Of a stretch of 64,000 bases of DNA, positions 1 to 10,018 are shown one piece after another. The stretch is from Oscillospiraceae bacterium (lineage in GTDB: Bacteria > Bacillota_I > Bacilli_A > RF39 > UBA660). The DNA lies in assembly GCA_963632935.1 (NCBI GenBank), contig CAVGWA010000001.1:20216-84215 (forward strand). Direction: 5' to 3'. A program made the translations under genes and the position numbers. Within the stretch, counting starts at the first letter, position 1, and each line of letters begins with the position of its first letter. The notes beneath the pieces were generated by a model. It had not been told where the DNA came from. It saw only the letters and a program-made list of their open reading frames with translations, and did no database searches.

Positions 1-222
1 TGTGGGCATGTACAAAAATAGTCATTTATATTTTTATTTTGGTCTGTTATTATTTCCACGTCGTATTCTTTGTCTATTCTTTCTGATATTATTTTAAAGT
101 AGTTTCTTTTTACTATATTTTCTTTTTCTGATTTGATTAATTTTATTTTATTTGATTGATAATTTAAGCCTTTCATAAAGTCTGTTGTTCCACATATTCT
201 TATTACTTTGTCGTATAGTTTC
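1..222 (-). CDS. hypothetical protein, 3' end beyond the window. Start ATG at 222 preceded by GAGGTG RBS. Translation begins MKLYDKVIRICGTTDFMKGL.
   Basis: Open frame on the minus strand running off the window start. Good RBS spacing. No recognisable family. Confidence 0.35.
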
Positions 223-341
223 ATAGTTACACCTCTTTTGATATATTACTAGTTTTTTGCTTATTTAACAAGCGAACATGTTTAATTTGCCTATACTTTT
301 TATTTTTTTATTCATAGAATATGTCGAAAGGGGTTAAATAG

Positions 342-842
342 ATGAATGACTATTTTAATATGAATAATTTTTCTAATGGGTTTATGATGTCATTTCCACA
401 GGAAAATAATTATGATAATGAACTTAGTAAAAAGTTACAGGCTCAAGCTGGTGATAATATGAATTTTAATAAGTGTAATTTTAATGGTAATGCAAGTCCG
501 GATAAATTATATGATGTTTATAATGGTTTTATCAGAGGTAATATGTTTCCAAATTTATTTAATCAATATAAGCTTTCTAGGCCTTATGATATTAGACCAA
601 TGAATGAACAAGCAAATCTTTTAACTAAGGTTGATGCTTATGCTTTTGCGGCTCATGATGTAAATTTGTATTTGGATACACACCCTGATGATAAGGTGAT
701 GATAGAACTTTTTAATCAATATAGTTCTGATAGTAAATATGCGACTGAAGAATATGAAAACAAATTTGGAGCACTTTGCGTGAATTCAAAACAAGGGGTA
801 CCTTGGACTTGGAATGATACTCCTTGGCCTTGGGAAAATTAG
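342..842 (+). CDS. cotJB: spore coat peptide assembly protein CotJB, with a long N/Y-rich N-terminal extension.
   Basis: The C-terminal ~80 aa carry the CotJB signature (VNLYLDTHPDD ... YENKFGAL ... PWTWNDTPWPWEN). The gene lies immediately upstream of the cotJC start. Confidence 0.7.
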   Translation: MNDYFNMNNFSNGFMMSFPQENNYDNELSKKLQAQAGDNMNFNKCNFNGNASPDKLYDVYNGFIRGNMFPNLFNQYKLSRPYDIRPMNEQANLLTKVDAYAFAAHDVNLYLDTHPDDKVMIELFNQYSSDSKYATEEYENKFGALCVNSKQGVPWTWNDTPWPWEN

Positions 843-850
843 GGGGTTAT

Positions 851-946
851 TATGTGGAAATATGAAAAAAAATTACAATATCCTGTGAATATTAAGAAAA
901 AAGATTTAAATATGGCTAAATGTATTATGACACAATATGGTGGACC
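851..946 (+). other. cotJC: 5' segment of the interrupted spore coat gene cotJC (manganese-catalase family): MWKYEKKLQYPVNIKKKDLNMAKCIMTQYGGP. The frame then reads into phage DNA and stops at ~1003.
   Basis: Strong match to the conserved CotJC N-terminus (B. subtilis MWVYEKKLQYPVKV...EQYGGPDGELAA). The conserved sequence ends exactly at the att core. RBS GGGGG precedes the ATG at 851. Confidence 0.85.
935..945. repeat. attL core TATGGTGGACC, with putative crossover dinucleotide GG at 941-942.
   Basis: Identical 11-mer at 29329-29339. Phage-side flanks form an inverted repeat. Confidence 0.8.
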
Positions 947-1197
947 ACACACCAAAAAAGACATATATAAGGATAGAAAAAACTTTCTTTTTATACTTTC
1001 TTAAAAACTATGAAAAAAAATTTAATCAAAAGGAATATAATAAAGAATTTAACAAAAAACACTATAGGCAATTTAAAACTGAACTTCCAATTGCTGAAAA
1101 AGAAGAGATTGATAATTTTTTAAAGGAAATTAATATGAGTAAAGTTGAGTTTATTAGAAAAGCTTATGTCCTCTTAAAAACAGAATTCAAAAAATAA
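937..1197 (+). CDS. hypothetical small basic protein at the prophage left end, overlapping the attL core in another frame.
   Basis: ORF only. K/E-rich with no recognisable family. Followed by a strong hairpin terminator. Confidence 0.25.
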   Translation: MVDHTPKKTYIRIEKTFFLYFLKNYEKKFNQKEYNKEFNKKHYRQFKTELPIAEKEEIDNFLKEINMSKVEFIRKAYVLLKTEFKK

Positions 1198-1213
1198 AAA
1201 AGTAGCAAAATAA

Positions 1214-1250
1214 AAAAGGTAGTGATTTTTACACCACTACCTTTTTACTG
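1214..1250. terminator. bidirectional rho-independent terminator (GGTAGTGATTTTTACACCACTACC hairpin, A-run upstream and T-run downstream).
   Basis: Perfect 7-bp stem with flanking A/T runs, between convergent ORFs 937-1197(+) and 1271-2194(-). Confidence 0.6.
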
Positions 1251-1270
1251 TTCAATTTTTGAACGGAACA

Positions 1271-2194
1271 TTATTTCATTTGAATTGCGTCAATTTCTCT
1301 TCCATAGATCCCTGCATAACCATCATTTGTATTATCGGCTTTATGTATCCAAGGAAGCCATGAGCCACCTTTTGTATGTACTCTATAACTTACATAACCA
1401 TAGTCAGACCATATTTTAACGCCGTCAATAGTTTTGTTTATTATGCCACTATAAGAACTTCCATTGTTTGAGTTCTTTGCATATGTATCTGATTTAATTG
1501 TAGATAACCAAGAACCACCTTTTACATGCGTTAACATATAAATACAACCATTGACACATTTGGCTCTTATACCACCCATAGAATTGCCTAAATTACCAGC
1601 ATAACCATTATCATTAACAACTTCTGGTAACCAACATTTCTTGACATTATCATATGATTGGTAAGTAATATTTCCTGTGCAAGTTGGTTCAGAGTTTTTT
1701 GCAGAGTTTTCTGCAGAGTTGCCTAATTCTGCTCTAATCATATTTAAAAATCTATCCCAGCCCATATCTAAAGTACGATGTGGGCAATATTTTTTTGAAT
1801 AGTCTTGATGTTTTGTGACTTTATCAATACCCCAATCTCTTTCTTTTAAAAGTTGAGCAATTAGTTTTGCTGCGTTTTGTTCTGCTTTAATAAATCTATC
1901 TCCACCTGATTTAGAATAACAAATTTCAATAGATATACCTTCTTTATTACCTTTGCCGTTGCCATCACCTGCATTCCATGTGTTTCTATTAAATGGAATA
2001 CCTTGTACGGCTTCTTTATCATCAACAGCGATATGATAGGATACTTCATTATTGTTACTAATCATATATTTAATTTCATTATTAGCACTTGCGTCATTTG
2101 CAGTATTATGCACTACAATTCTTGTCGCATTCATACTATATGGACATTTATATTTATATTTACTATTATCTACTAACATTTGTCTTATTTCCAT
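1271..2194 (-). CDS. phage endolysin: N-acetylmuramoyl-L-alanine amidase (Amidase_2/PGRP-type) with C-terminal repeated GGSWL cell-wall-binding-like repeats.
   Basis: N-terminal RIVVHNTANDASA...YHIAVDD...GIPFNRNTWNAGDG motif block typical of amidase_2 lysins. Position is next to the holin at the prophage end. Confidence 0.8.
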   Translation of the reverse strand: MEIRQMLVDNSKYKYKCPYSMNATRIVVHNTANDASANNEIKYMISNNNEVSYHIAVDDKEAVQGIPFNRNTWNAGDGNGKGNKEGISIEICYSKSGGDRFIKAEQNAAKLIAQLLKERDWGIDKVTKHQDYSKKYCPHRTLDMGWDRFLNMIRAELGNSAENSAKNSEPTCTGNITYQSYDNVKKCWLPEVVNDNGYAGNLGNSMGGIRAKCVNGCIYMLTHVKGGSWLSTIKSDTYAKNSNNGSSYSGIINKTIDGVKIWSDYGYVSYRVHTKGGSWLPWIHKADNTNDGYAGIYGREIDAIQMK

Positions 2195-2195
2195 A

Positions 2196-2462
2196 TTATC
2201 CCTCTTTTCTTAATAAATTTTTAAGCATTTCATACATACCTGTAGATGCTAAACCACTTACCATGCCTGTTAATATTACATCTAAAGTTATGTTATGTAA
2301 ATTAGATACAACACTTAAGAATGTGCCTAAAACTAATACAATTAAGGGTATATATTTATTAAAGTCATTTGTATTAATTAAATTTTTAATAACATACCCA
2401 ACACATAAACAAATTCCTAAAATTACAACATTTACACTTTCGGTTAAAAAACTTAAATCCAT
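2196..2462 (-). CDS. phage holin (88 aa, predicted transmembrane segments, charged C-terminus).
   Basis: Small hydrophobic protein immediately upstream of the endolysin, with a 1-nt intergenic gap to the lysin. Confidence 0.7.
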   Translation of the reverse strand: MDLSFLTESVNVVILGICLCVGYVIKNLINTNDFNKYIPLIVLVLGTFLSVVSNLHNITLDVILTGMVSGLASTGMYEMLKNLLRKEG

Positions 2463-2463
2463 A

Positions 2464-2784
2464 TTATCTACCTTCTTTCATTAACTTATCCCACCAGTCA
2501 TGGATATAGCTATTACCACCTAGACTGGTATATCTTTCAAAACATTCATATGCTCTTTGTTTTTCAATAGCACTTAGCTCCTGCTTATTTTCTATGTCCT
2601 TCAAAAATCTCACTAAATAATTTTTACATTGAGATTTATCAACTTCTTTTAAATCTTCTCTAATAGGTTCAAAGAGCTTATTTATTTGTTTTTTGAGCAC
2701 ATTACATATATATGCGACTGAGCCAATTAATGCACTTAAAAAAGCCAAGACAGTTGCGATTTGACCTAATGTTATTGTTTCCAT
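2464..2784 (-). CDS. hypothetical protein with N-terminal TM helix (lysis-module accessory or second holin component).
   Basis: N-terminal hydrophobic segment IATVLAFLSALIGSVAYI. Translationally coupled to the holin. Confidence 0.35.
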   Translation of the reverse strand: METITLGQIATVLAFLSALIGSVAYICNVLKKQINKLFEPIREDLKEVDKSQCKNYLVRFLKDIENKQELSAIEKQRAYECFERYTSLGGNSYIHDWWDKLMKEGR

Positions 2785-2959
2785 GTTTTTCCTCTTTCTA
2801 CTTTTTAAAATTTACCTCCGAAGTTTGCCTGAATTTCATTAATTACAGTATCCAAAGATTTATATTTTCCTGTTTCATTATTTTGCAGTGCAATCTCGTT
2901 TGCATTTAGTTTATTACCTTTAAAAAAGTTTTTAAATAATTTCATTATTTTTTGTGCCA

Positions 2960-3394
2960 TCATGCTACTCTTAACCAAAAATAAACGGCGTAAAATTTAG
3001 GCATATTATTATGTGCTTTAGAATCACCTGAAGTCTGTGTCGAAGTGGTACCTTCTGGATTGGTCCCATTCGCAGCCATTACAATATCACCAACTGACCA
3101 CATACTTACTCCAGTTCTTCCTGAAATTTGATGTGAATGTGATGGCATTTCATCAACTGTTAATGTGTGTGTGTTTTCGCCACCTGTAGTTTTTACTGGA
3201 TAGGTTTCACTAGCACTCATTAAGAATGTTTCTTCTTCTATTTTTTGCCACGTCGTTCCCTTATATCTTGCGTTAGGGTCTATATTATTTGTTGTAGTTA
3301 ATATATCTCCTACCATATAAGGACATACTAAGAATTCCATTTCTTCGCCGTCTATTTTCTTTTTCCATAAAGTGCTTGCTACTTTCATTAACAA
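2960..3394 (-). CDS. phage tail-collar fibre domain protein (likely receptor-binding tip).
   Basis: GGENTHTLTVDEMPSHSH motif is characteristic of the Phage_tail_collar / MdpB domain. Confidence 0.6.
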   Translation of the reverse strand: MLMKVASTLWKKKIDGEEMEFLVCPYMVGDILTTTNNIDPNARYKGTTWQKIEEETFLMSASETYPVKTTGGENTHTLTVDEMPSHSHQISGRTGVSMWSVGDIVMAANGTNPEGTTSTQTSGDSKAHNNMPKFYAVYFWLRVA

Positions 3395-3493
3395 ACACCT
3401 CCTAGAAGAGAGTTACTTAATAGAACTCCCTCCTTTCTTGTATTGTTTGACATATATATATTATAAGTAATATTTTCAATAAATAGTTTCATG

Positions 3494-4147
3494 TTATTCC
3501 TCCTCCACTTCAATAATCGTTGTATCGAAGATTAGTTTATCATTTATTTCATCTATTTGATTTTGTAAATTACCAGCAACGTCTGTTGATAATTGCCCCT
3601 TAACATTATCAAACCACGTAGTAAACCAAATATTGTATTGCTTAAAAATATCTTCAGTAGATAAACTTTGCACTGCTTGCACAACGTTACCACACTCGTC
3701 AGTAAATCTAGTATCAGTTATCTTATCAGTTGTTATTCTCGTAGTTCCAGTTGAAACCGTAATGTTCGCAAGTCTTAAATCATAAATATTTCCACTTCTT
3801 GTTAGTATTGGCTGGCCTGGTGTCGTGGCTGTTTGTCCTTCTAAAATCATTGCAGTAATATTTCTATCACTTAGATTTAATCTCAATATAACCGAATCAA
3901 TTCTATTTAATTCTTTATCTGCCTCGTCTATATCTAAAGTAAGTGATTCTGTATTTTCATAACTATATCCATTAATATTAGCTGTTCCTGCCGCAACAGA
4001 AACAGTCATATTATCGTTTGCACTTACTTTTAAAGAATTATTAAATATTCCATTTGTAAAAAACTTTGATAAAAAATCAGCAACATCACTGGCATCATAA
4101 ACCCTATCATTGTTTACTGAATTAAAGAATCCATATTTTTGTGCCAT
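3494..4147 (-). CDS. hypothetical phage tail/baseplate protein.
   Basis: Position between the Tal-like protein and the tail collar protein. No motif recognised. Confidence 0.35.
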   Translation of the reverse strand: MAQKYGFFNSVNNDRVYDASDVADFLSKFFTNGIFNNSLKVSANDNMTVSVAAGTANINGYSYENTESLTLDIDEADKELNRIDSVILRLNLSDRNITAMILEGQTATTPGQPILTRSGNIYDLRLANITVSTGTTRITTDKITDTRFTDECGNVVQAVQSLSTEDIFKQYNIWFTTWFDNVKGQLSTDVAGNLQNQIDEINDKLIFDTTIIEVEEE

Positions 4148-4163
4148 TTATATCATTCCTTTC

Positions 4164-6161
4164 TTATTCGCCATCCCAAGCACTTGAAAAAGCACTTCCA
4201 AAGGTTGGCTTAACTGTTATATTCCCATCTTCTATTATTTCTTCAACTTCTATTATTCTATATGAGGTTAATATTCCCCATTTATCCTTTTTGATATTAA
4301 CAATATCTCCTAAGTCCCATTTATCTTTATAATCACCAATGTTTAATGCGGTTACTTCTAAGTTAAATGTTCCTGTGCTTAATTTTCCTTCTCCAACGGT
4401 TTTTAATTTTTCTATATATTCACTTGATGATAGATTATTATTACTTAAAGATTTTTGATCACAAAATAATTCATATAAATCAAATCCTGTTTTACCTTCA
4501 TCAACTGTAGTTGTTATTCTTGCTGTATCTTCTCCAGTTCCACCAACTAAAACATAATTAACACTTGTTTTCTTTGAAATAACAAGTTTTCCCTGCTCTA
4601 AATTATAATTATCATCACTGAAAGCATATTGTTCATTTTCAGTTTGATTAACTGTCCTATCTTTTCCCTTATATACTTCAAACATATAAACCTTTGAATC
4701 AACATTAGGTACAATTCTTATTCCAAGGCCAGAGTATTCACTGAGTTTAAGCAAATAATCGTAAACGTTTTTATATGTACACTGAAAAGAAATTGGTTCT
4801 GAACTCATTGTTACTGTTTCAGTCTCCCATGCGTCTGTCAGTGGAGTCATAGCATTGACTATTGTGTTCATACCTTCAATTGAATTGCCTGTAAAGTTTA
4901 TTTTATTTTTAACAATTCTTCTTTCGAATAAACATGACAGAAATCTACCACTTATGGTTACTTCTTCATCTGTACTATCATCACTAAATTCTATCGTTTC
5001 AATAATACCCGCCTCGGTATAATTATTTCTCATAACTAAAATATCAGTATCAATAAATTTCATTATATAATCAGTAACTGGCAATACTATTTCAAATTCA
5101 CCAGCCTCAAAATATTTTCTACGCCATCTTAGACTAATAAAATAATCAATAATTCCAAGCATATTAAGTTCTTTATCAAAAAAGAACAAGGATGAATCTT
5201 CATCACCATCAGTAGTAAGTTCACGGGATAGATTTAATATATAAATAGGTATTGTTCCAGTTTCTTTATAATGCTCTGCTGTTATTACCATTACATTCTT
5301 CTCATTATTATAGGCTAATCCATATCTAAGACCTGCTGTGCCATTATCAATGTCAGTCCATGATACACCATCTATTGATTGCAATATAGTACCATTGTAG
5401 CCACAAGCAATATACGTTCCATTTGCATATCTAGACCTAATCAAATATGCATCAGTTCCAGTTTCTTGCTTTGTCCAGTTTATACCATTTGTTGAGGTTA
5501 AAATTGTTCCGTTATCTCCAGTAATTACAAACTGACCTTTACCATATGTTATACCAACAAGTTTTACTGTTGTTTCTGATACTCTTCTTATCCAATTGTC
5601 AAGATCTGTAGATGTAAATATTGAACCAGTTTCTCCAACTCTTACATAAGTTCCGTTGTAAAAATCGATGTCCATTTGATTAAGATTTTCACTAGATTCA
5701 ACAATTAATTGATGTTTTGTCCAGCTTATACCATTTGTACTTTCGTAAAACCAGTCTTCAGTTTTAGTTCTTATTTTTTTTCCGTCTATCGTCTTATACC
5801 AATAAATACCAAGTAATGCTACAAATCTATTATTTATAAATTTGACACTATTACTAGAAATTCCAAAAGTTTCACCTGTATTTATCTTAATTGGCGTCCA
5901 ATTAACACCATCAGTAGATCGATAAAACCAAGTATCAGTACTTGTACTACTTTCACCTGTTATTATAAAAACACCATTGCCATATACAATATTGCTTGGT
6001 TTTAAATAATCTTCATTTAATTGATATTCAGTCCAATTTTCTAAGTTTTCTGATACACATACTTTTGCAGGGCTCTTTGATAATAAATAGTATTTCCCAT
6101 CAACGTATGCAATACCTCGACCACGACCTAATATACCACTATCTTTTTCTATTAATTTCAT
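4164..6161 (-). CDS. phage tail-associated protein (Tal/prophage-tail endopeptidase family position). The N-terminal half has repeated G..Y..G..G.I..S.DG..W (BNR/beta-propeller-like) units.
   Basis: 665 aa ORF directly after the Dit-like gene downstream of the tape measure. Internal ~45-aa repeats visible (GVNWTP, GISWTK, GINWTK, GVSWTD). Confidence 0.5.
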   Translation of the reverse strand: MKLIEKDSGILGRGRGIAYVDGKYYLLSKSPAKVCVSENLENWTEYQLNEDYLKPSNIVYGNGVFIITGESSTSTDTWFYRSTDGVNWTPIKINTGETFGISSNSVKFINNRFVALLGIYWYKTIDGKKIRTKTEDWFYESTNGISWTKHQLIVESSENLNQMDIDFYNGTYVRVGETGSIFTSTDLDNWIRRVSETTVKLVGITYGKGQFVITGDNGTILTSTNGINWTKQETGTDAYLIRSRYANGTYIACGYNGTILQSIDGVSWTDIDNGTAGLRYGLAYNNEKNVMVITAEHYKETGTIPIYILNLSRELTTDGDEDSSLFFFDKELNMLGIIDYFISLRWRRKYFEAGEFEIVLPVTDYIMKFIDTDILVMRNNYTEAGIIETIEFSDDSTDEEVTISGRFLSCLFERRIVKNKINFTGNSIEGMNTIVNAMTPLTDAWETETVTMSSEPISFQCTYKNVYDYLLKLSEYSGLGIRIVPNVDSKVYMFEVYKGKDRTVNQTENEQYAFSDDNYNLEQGKLVISKKTSVNYVLVGGTGEDTARITTTVDEGKTGFDLYELFCDQKSLSNNNLSSSEYIEKLKTVGEGKLSTGTFNLEVTALNIGDYKDKWDLGDIVNIKKDKWGILTSYRIIEVEEIIEDGNITVKPTFGSAFSSAWDGE

Positions 6162-6171
6162 CTAACCACCT

Positions 6172-7047
6172 CTATACTGCCTCATAATAGTTATAATAAC
6201 TAATAGTACAATCTAAGTTGGCTGAACCACTATCTGCATTTGTCACATATTTATTTACACCATTCGGTGCCTGTAAGAACTTTGTACCAAATACCAACGC
6301 ATTTGTTATATTACTTTCATTTCCATTAGAATCAATATGAGTAATAGTTTTTTCATTGTTATAGGTAGTAACAACTATTTGCTCGCCTAACTTTAAAGTA
6401 TAATTTAGTTTCATGATTTCATTAGTTCTGGTGTTTGTTAATGATGGATTTACTACTTCACCATTTGCTATAAATGTGATAGTCAAACCATACGATATAT
6501 GTGAATTATTTTCAATTTCAACTGTAGTAACATTATTTTGACTACCAAATTCAATACCAGAAACAGGTATTTCAAGTGGAAAACTAAATAATTTATCCCA
6601 ATTACTAAGTGTAGCTATTGTTTCTTTTGAATCCATAAAATAAGGACTTGGACATAATAAATTAATTGTTGCGTAAGTGTAATTGGCTTTTCTAGTTAAG
6701 GTTACCTTTTCAACGTAATAATTTATCTTTCTTTCTATATAGCCTTCATAATAATAGAGTGTACCTTTATCTTTTAATGGGAAAATATTATATATTTTTT
6801 GCTTATTTGTAATTAAGTTTTCCCCATCCTTAAATGCAATTACCAAACTAATACTTCGTTGATTAATCGATGTTCCTATATATGACACACCAGTACCGAA
6901 TGCACTTTTTATAGTAGCAACACTTCCCGCATATTCATGAATTCCAGAATATGAATCTAAAAAAAATGGAAATGAATAGTTAAATGATAATTTATATCCA
7001 TAACTGTTTTCACATATTATTTTTTTGGTTCTTGAATTATAAGCCAT
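6172..7047 (-). CDS. phage distal tail protein (Dit-like).
   Basis: 291 aa ORF immediately downstream of, and translationally coupled to, the tape measure gene. Canonical siphovirus order is TMP-Dit-Tal. Confidence 0.5.
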   Translation of the reverse strand: MAYNSRTKKIICENSYGYKLSFNYSFPFFLDSYSGIHEYAGSVATIKSAFGTGVSYIGTSINQRSISLVIAFKDGENLITNKQKIYNIFPLKDKGTLYYYEGYIERKINYYVEKVTLTRKANYTYATINLLCPSPYFMDSKETIATLSNWDKLFSFPLEIPVSGIEFGSQNNVTTVEIENNSHISYGLTITFIANGEVVNPSLTNTRTNEIMKLNYTLKLGEQIVVTTYNNEKTITHIDSNGNESNITNALVFGTKFLQAPNGVNKYVTNADSGSANLDCTISYYNYYEAV

Positions 7048-9353
7048 TATCTAGCACCCCCATATTTTAATTTATATAATTGATATTCTTGTCTAAGAAG
7101 TCTTACATTCTCAGCAGGTGATGTATATTTAGAGTAATTGTTGATAACTGGATTGAATTCAATGTTGTTTTTATTATCATTTGTATTGTTACTGTAACGT
7201 TCTAACATTAAGCTATTAGCATTAGGGTTAATCAATGGATTTAATGAGTTTTTTACACCATAATTGAGTGCTTTCATTGCTCCAGTAGTATTTTTCAATA
7301 TATCATCAAAAGATAATTTATTTGCCATATTTTGGGCCATCTTATCGGTTGCATTTTCTAATAAGTAACTTGATTGGTTAATTCCTTTAACCATACCTTT
7401 AACCATGTCAGGCATCCATGTTTCATAATCTCTTAGTGGTCCTATATCAGGTCTTGAAAAGTGTAAGAAATTTTTGATTTTGTCGGCAACACTCTTTGCT
7501 GCATCTCCAACTTTTCCTATCATATTTTTAATACCATCAATAAAGCCTTGAATCATGTCCTTACCCCAATCGAGAGCCATTTTAGGTAATTGACCCATCT
7601 TTTCTTTAATCGCACTAATAACTTTTAATATTCCAGTCCCAACTGCACTATTCATACTTATTATTCCAGATATTAAAGATCCAATTATCTTAATTCCAGC
7701 CTCAAATATTGTAGGTAAATTTGATTTGATTGCCGCAACTATTTTTAATACGATTGTTGGTATTGCCTCAACTATTTTAGCAAGTGAATCTGGAGCAGTT
7801 AATCCCTCTACTAAGCCCACAATAAGTTGTATTCCTGCATCAATTATTAAATCTATATTATCAATAATTGTATCTACAATATTCAATATGCAATCAACTA
7901 TTTGTGGTATTAATGTAGGTAACATTTCACCAAGTGAAATAGCTAATTGTGAAATAACTTGTATTAGTGTGTTTATTATAGTAGGAAGATTAGTTAATAA
8001 TAAATTAGCGATGTTTTGTATTAAATTTGTAATAAGTGGAATTAATTTAGGGAGCAACTCTGGAATCATCTTTATAATTTCATCTAGCATTTGGCTTATG
8101 ACAGGTATATATTTATCAGACATTTGAATCAAATGATTTGCAACATTAGTTGCAAAAGTTCCTAACTGTTTTAATAGATTATTCATTTCTTCACTAATGT
8201 CTTCTCCGCTTACCATCTTTTTAATCATGTCTTTTGCAGAATTCATTACTGGTGTTATACCTTCTAAAAGAGGTGTCATTATTTCTGCACCAACTCTTGA
8301 CAATGCACTTTTTAAATTAGCTAAAGATGACGTAAAGGTTTGTCCAGCATTCTGAGCAGCTCCTCCTAAACCTTGTTCCATTGCTTTTGAAAATTCTTCG
8401 AACCCTACTTTTCCAGCACTAACAAGTTTACTAACCTCGGATGTGCTAATTCCCATAGTTTCAGATAACATTTGTAAAATTGGTATGCCAGAATCAGATA
8501 ACTGATTTAATTCTTCCCCAGTAATTTTTCCGTTTGCAGCTATTTTATTAAATATAGAACCCATATCTTCCATAGAACGGCCTGACACTTGAGATGCGTC
8601 TGCTACAAGTTTTAAAGCACTTGTCATATCTTCTCCCTCTTTAATACCTGCAGCAAATAATCCACTTGCTACTGTAGCAGCACTATCCATAGAAAAAGCA
8701 GTGCCATCAACCGAGTCACTGACATTTTGCATTATTTCATCAAGCTGTTCTGTAGAATCAACAAATGTAGACATTTTAGCTTTAGCATTTTCCAAATTTA
8801 ATGCTCTATCAATACCACCAGAAATAACCATATTCCCTATTGAATTAGATATAGATTTAATTTTTCCTACTATGTTATCAAATACTCTAATAATTGCTTC
8901 ACTAGCAAGATTTGCTTTTATTAAATCTCCCACTTTGATAGCACTCTGACCCACTTTATCCATTTCATTAGTTATTGGTGTTAAATTGCCAGATTTGATA
9001 CTATCCAGTTCTTTATTCATCTTAACTAAATTACTTTGTGCCTTAGCAATTTCAATTGATAAATTAGTATACTGTTGTTTCTGCTCTTCTGTTAAATTAG
9101 AATACTCTCCTAATTGTGATTGAGCAGTTTTTAGCTGTTTTAATCTTTCAACGGTAGCACCTATGTTTGCAGTTAATAATTTTTGTTTGGTTGCTAATGT
9201 ATCAGTATTTGTAGGGTCTAATTTCAATGCTCTATTCAACTCCCAAAGCCCTGAGTTGGTTGAATAAACTACTTGATTAACATTTTTTAATGATTCTTCT
9301 AATTTAGATGTATTACCACCAATGTCTATAGTAATACCTTTTAAACTCGCCAT
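7047..9353 (-). CDS. phage tail tape measure protein (768 aa).
   Basis: Long alpha-helical/low-complexity protein with coiled-coil N-terminus and repeated IP..I segments. Lies between the major tail protein and Dit. Confidence 0.8.
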   Translation of the reverse strand: MASLKGITIDIGGNTSKLEESLKNVNQVVYSTNSGLWELNRALKLDPTNTDTLATKQKLLTANIGATVERLKQLKTAQSQLGEYSNLTEEQKQQYTNLSIEIAKAQSNLVKMNKELDSIKSGNLTPITNEMDKVGQSAIKVGDLIKANLASEAIIRVFDNIVGKIKSISNSIGNMVISGGIDRALNLENAKAKMSTFVDSTEQLDEIMQNVSDSVDGTAFSMDSAATVASGLFAAGIKEGEDMTSALKLVADASQVSGRSMEDMGSIFNKIAANGKITGEELNQLSDSGIPILQMLSETMGISTSEVSKLVSAGKVGFEEFSKAMEQGLGGAAQNAGQTFTSSLANLKSALSRVGAEIMTPLLEGITPVMNSAKDMIKKMVSGEDISEEMNNLLKQLGTFATNVANHLIQMSDKYIPVISQMLDEIIKMIPELLPKLIPLITNLIQNIANLLLTNLPTIINTLIQVISQLAISLGEMLPTLIPQIVDCILNIVDTIIDNIDLIIDAGIQLIVGLVEGLTAPDSLAKIVEAIPTIVLKIVAAIKSNLPTIFEAGIKIIGSLISGIISMNSAVGTGILKVISAIKEKMGQLPKMALDWGKDMIQGFIDGIKNMIGKVGDAAKSVADKIKNFLHFSRPDIGPLRDYETWMPDMVKGMVKGINQSSYLLENATDKMAQNMANKLSFDDILKNTTGAMKALNYGVKNSLNPLINPNANSLMLERYSNNTNDNKNNIEFNPVINNYSKYTSPAENVRLLRQEYQLYKLKYGGAR

Positions 9354-9440
9354 AATTTCACCTCTTTACCAATACTAAAAAAACTACTTTTTAAAGTAGT
9401 TATAAGTAGTCTTTTTACTACTCTAAAGAGTAGCATTAAA

Positions 9441-10007
9441 TTAAACTGTTTTTTCATATACAGAACTAAAGAAACTATCATATGCAGTTTTATTTTCTTC
9501 TGTTTCTTCTAAGAACACTTTAACTCTATTATCACTAATTCTTGCATTAGCAGTAATATTTAAAGTATCAGTGGTTGGCTCTTTTGATGTTTCAATAGTT
9601 TGACCTGAAGTTGATGGTCTTTGAGCAGATACGTTATAGAACCAAAATTTACGATTTGATTTATCACCATTGATTTGGAAACCTAATGCAAAATCAGATA
9701 TAGTATCATCAACGCTCTCTATTAATGCGCCGTTTGAATCTGATGTTTCGCCCAAAATTTGAGTTCTAAATTCATCAGTTATCATAGCAATTTCTAATGA
9801 ACCACTATAACCTTGATTGGCATATTCACTAAAATATTTAGTATTATCACCATAAAAATCAGTGCTTTCACCTTCTGGATCAAGTGTTAGGTTTACCGCA
9901 CCAGGTATTTTAAATGGATCACCATAAGTAACACCATCACTAGAATTAGCAGTTATTTTAGCAATATGTACATTACTTAATCCAAATTTAACTTTATTTT
10001 TTCCCAT
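9441..10007 (-). CDS. phage major tail protein (phi13/TP901-1-like).
   Basis: N-terminus KVKFGLSNVHIAKI typical of major tail proteins. Size 188 aa. Position upstream of the tape measure. Confidence 0.6.
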   Translation of the reverse strand: MGKNKVKFGLSNVHIAKITANSSDGVTYGDPFKIPGAVNLTLDPEGESTDFYGDNTKYFSEYANQGYSGSLEIAMITDEFRTQILGETSDSNGALIESVDDTISDFALGFQINGDKSNRKFWFYNVSAQRPSTSGQTIETSKEPTTDTLNITANARISDNRVKVFLEETEENKTAYDSFFSSVYEKTV

Positions 10008-10018
10008 ATTTTTTCCTC

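Noticed and set aside
2089-2484. Plus-strand 131-aa ORF overlapping holin and endolysin.
   Set aside because: Antisense to two well-supported lysis genes. Low-complexity translation.
7726-8127. Plus-strand ORFs inside the tape measure gene. Similar antisense ORFs lie inside gyrA, gyrB, mreB, dnaA, typA, the aminopeptidase and others.
   Set aside because: Shadow ORFs typical of AT-rich DNA opposite long genuine genes. Hydrophobic or low-complexity translations. No RBS or family signal.
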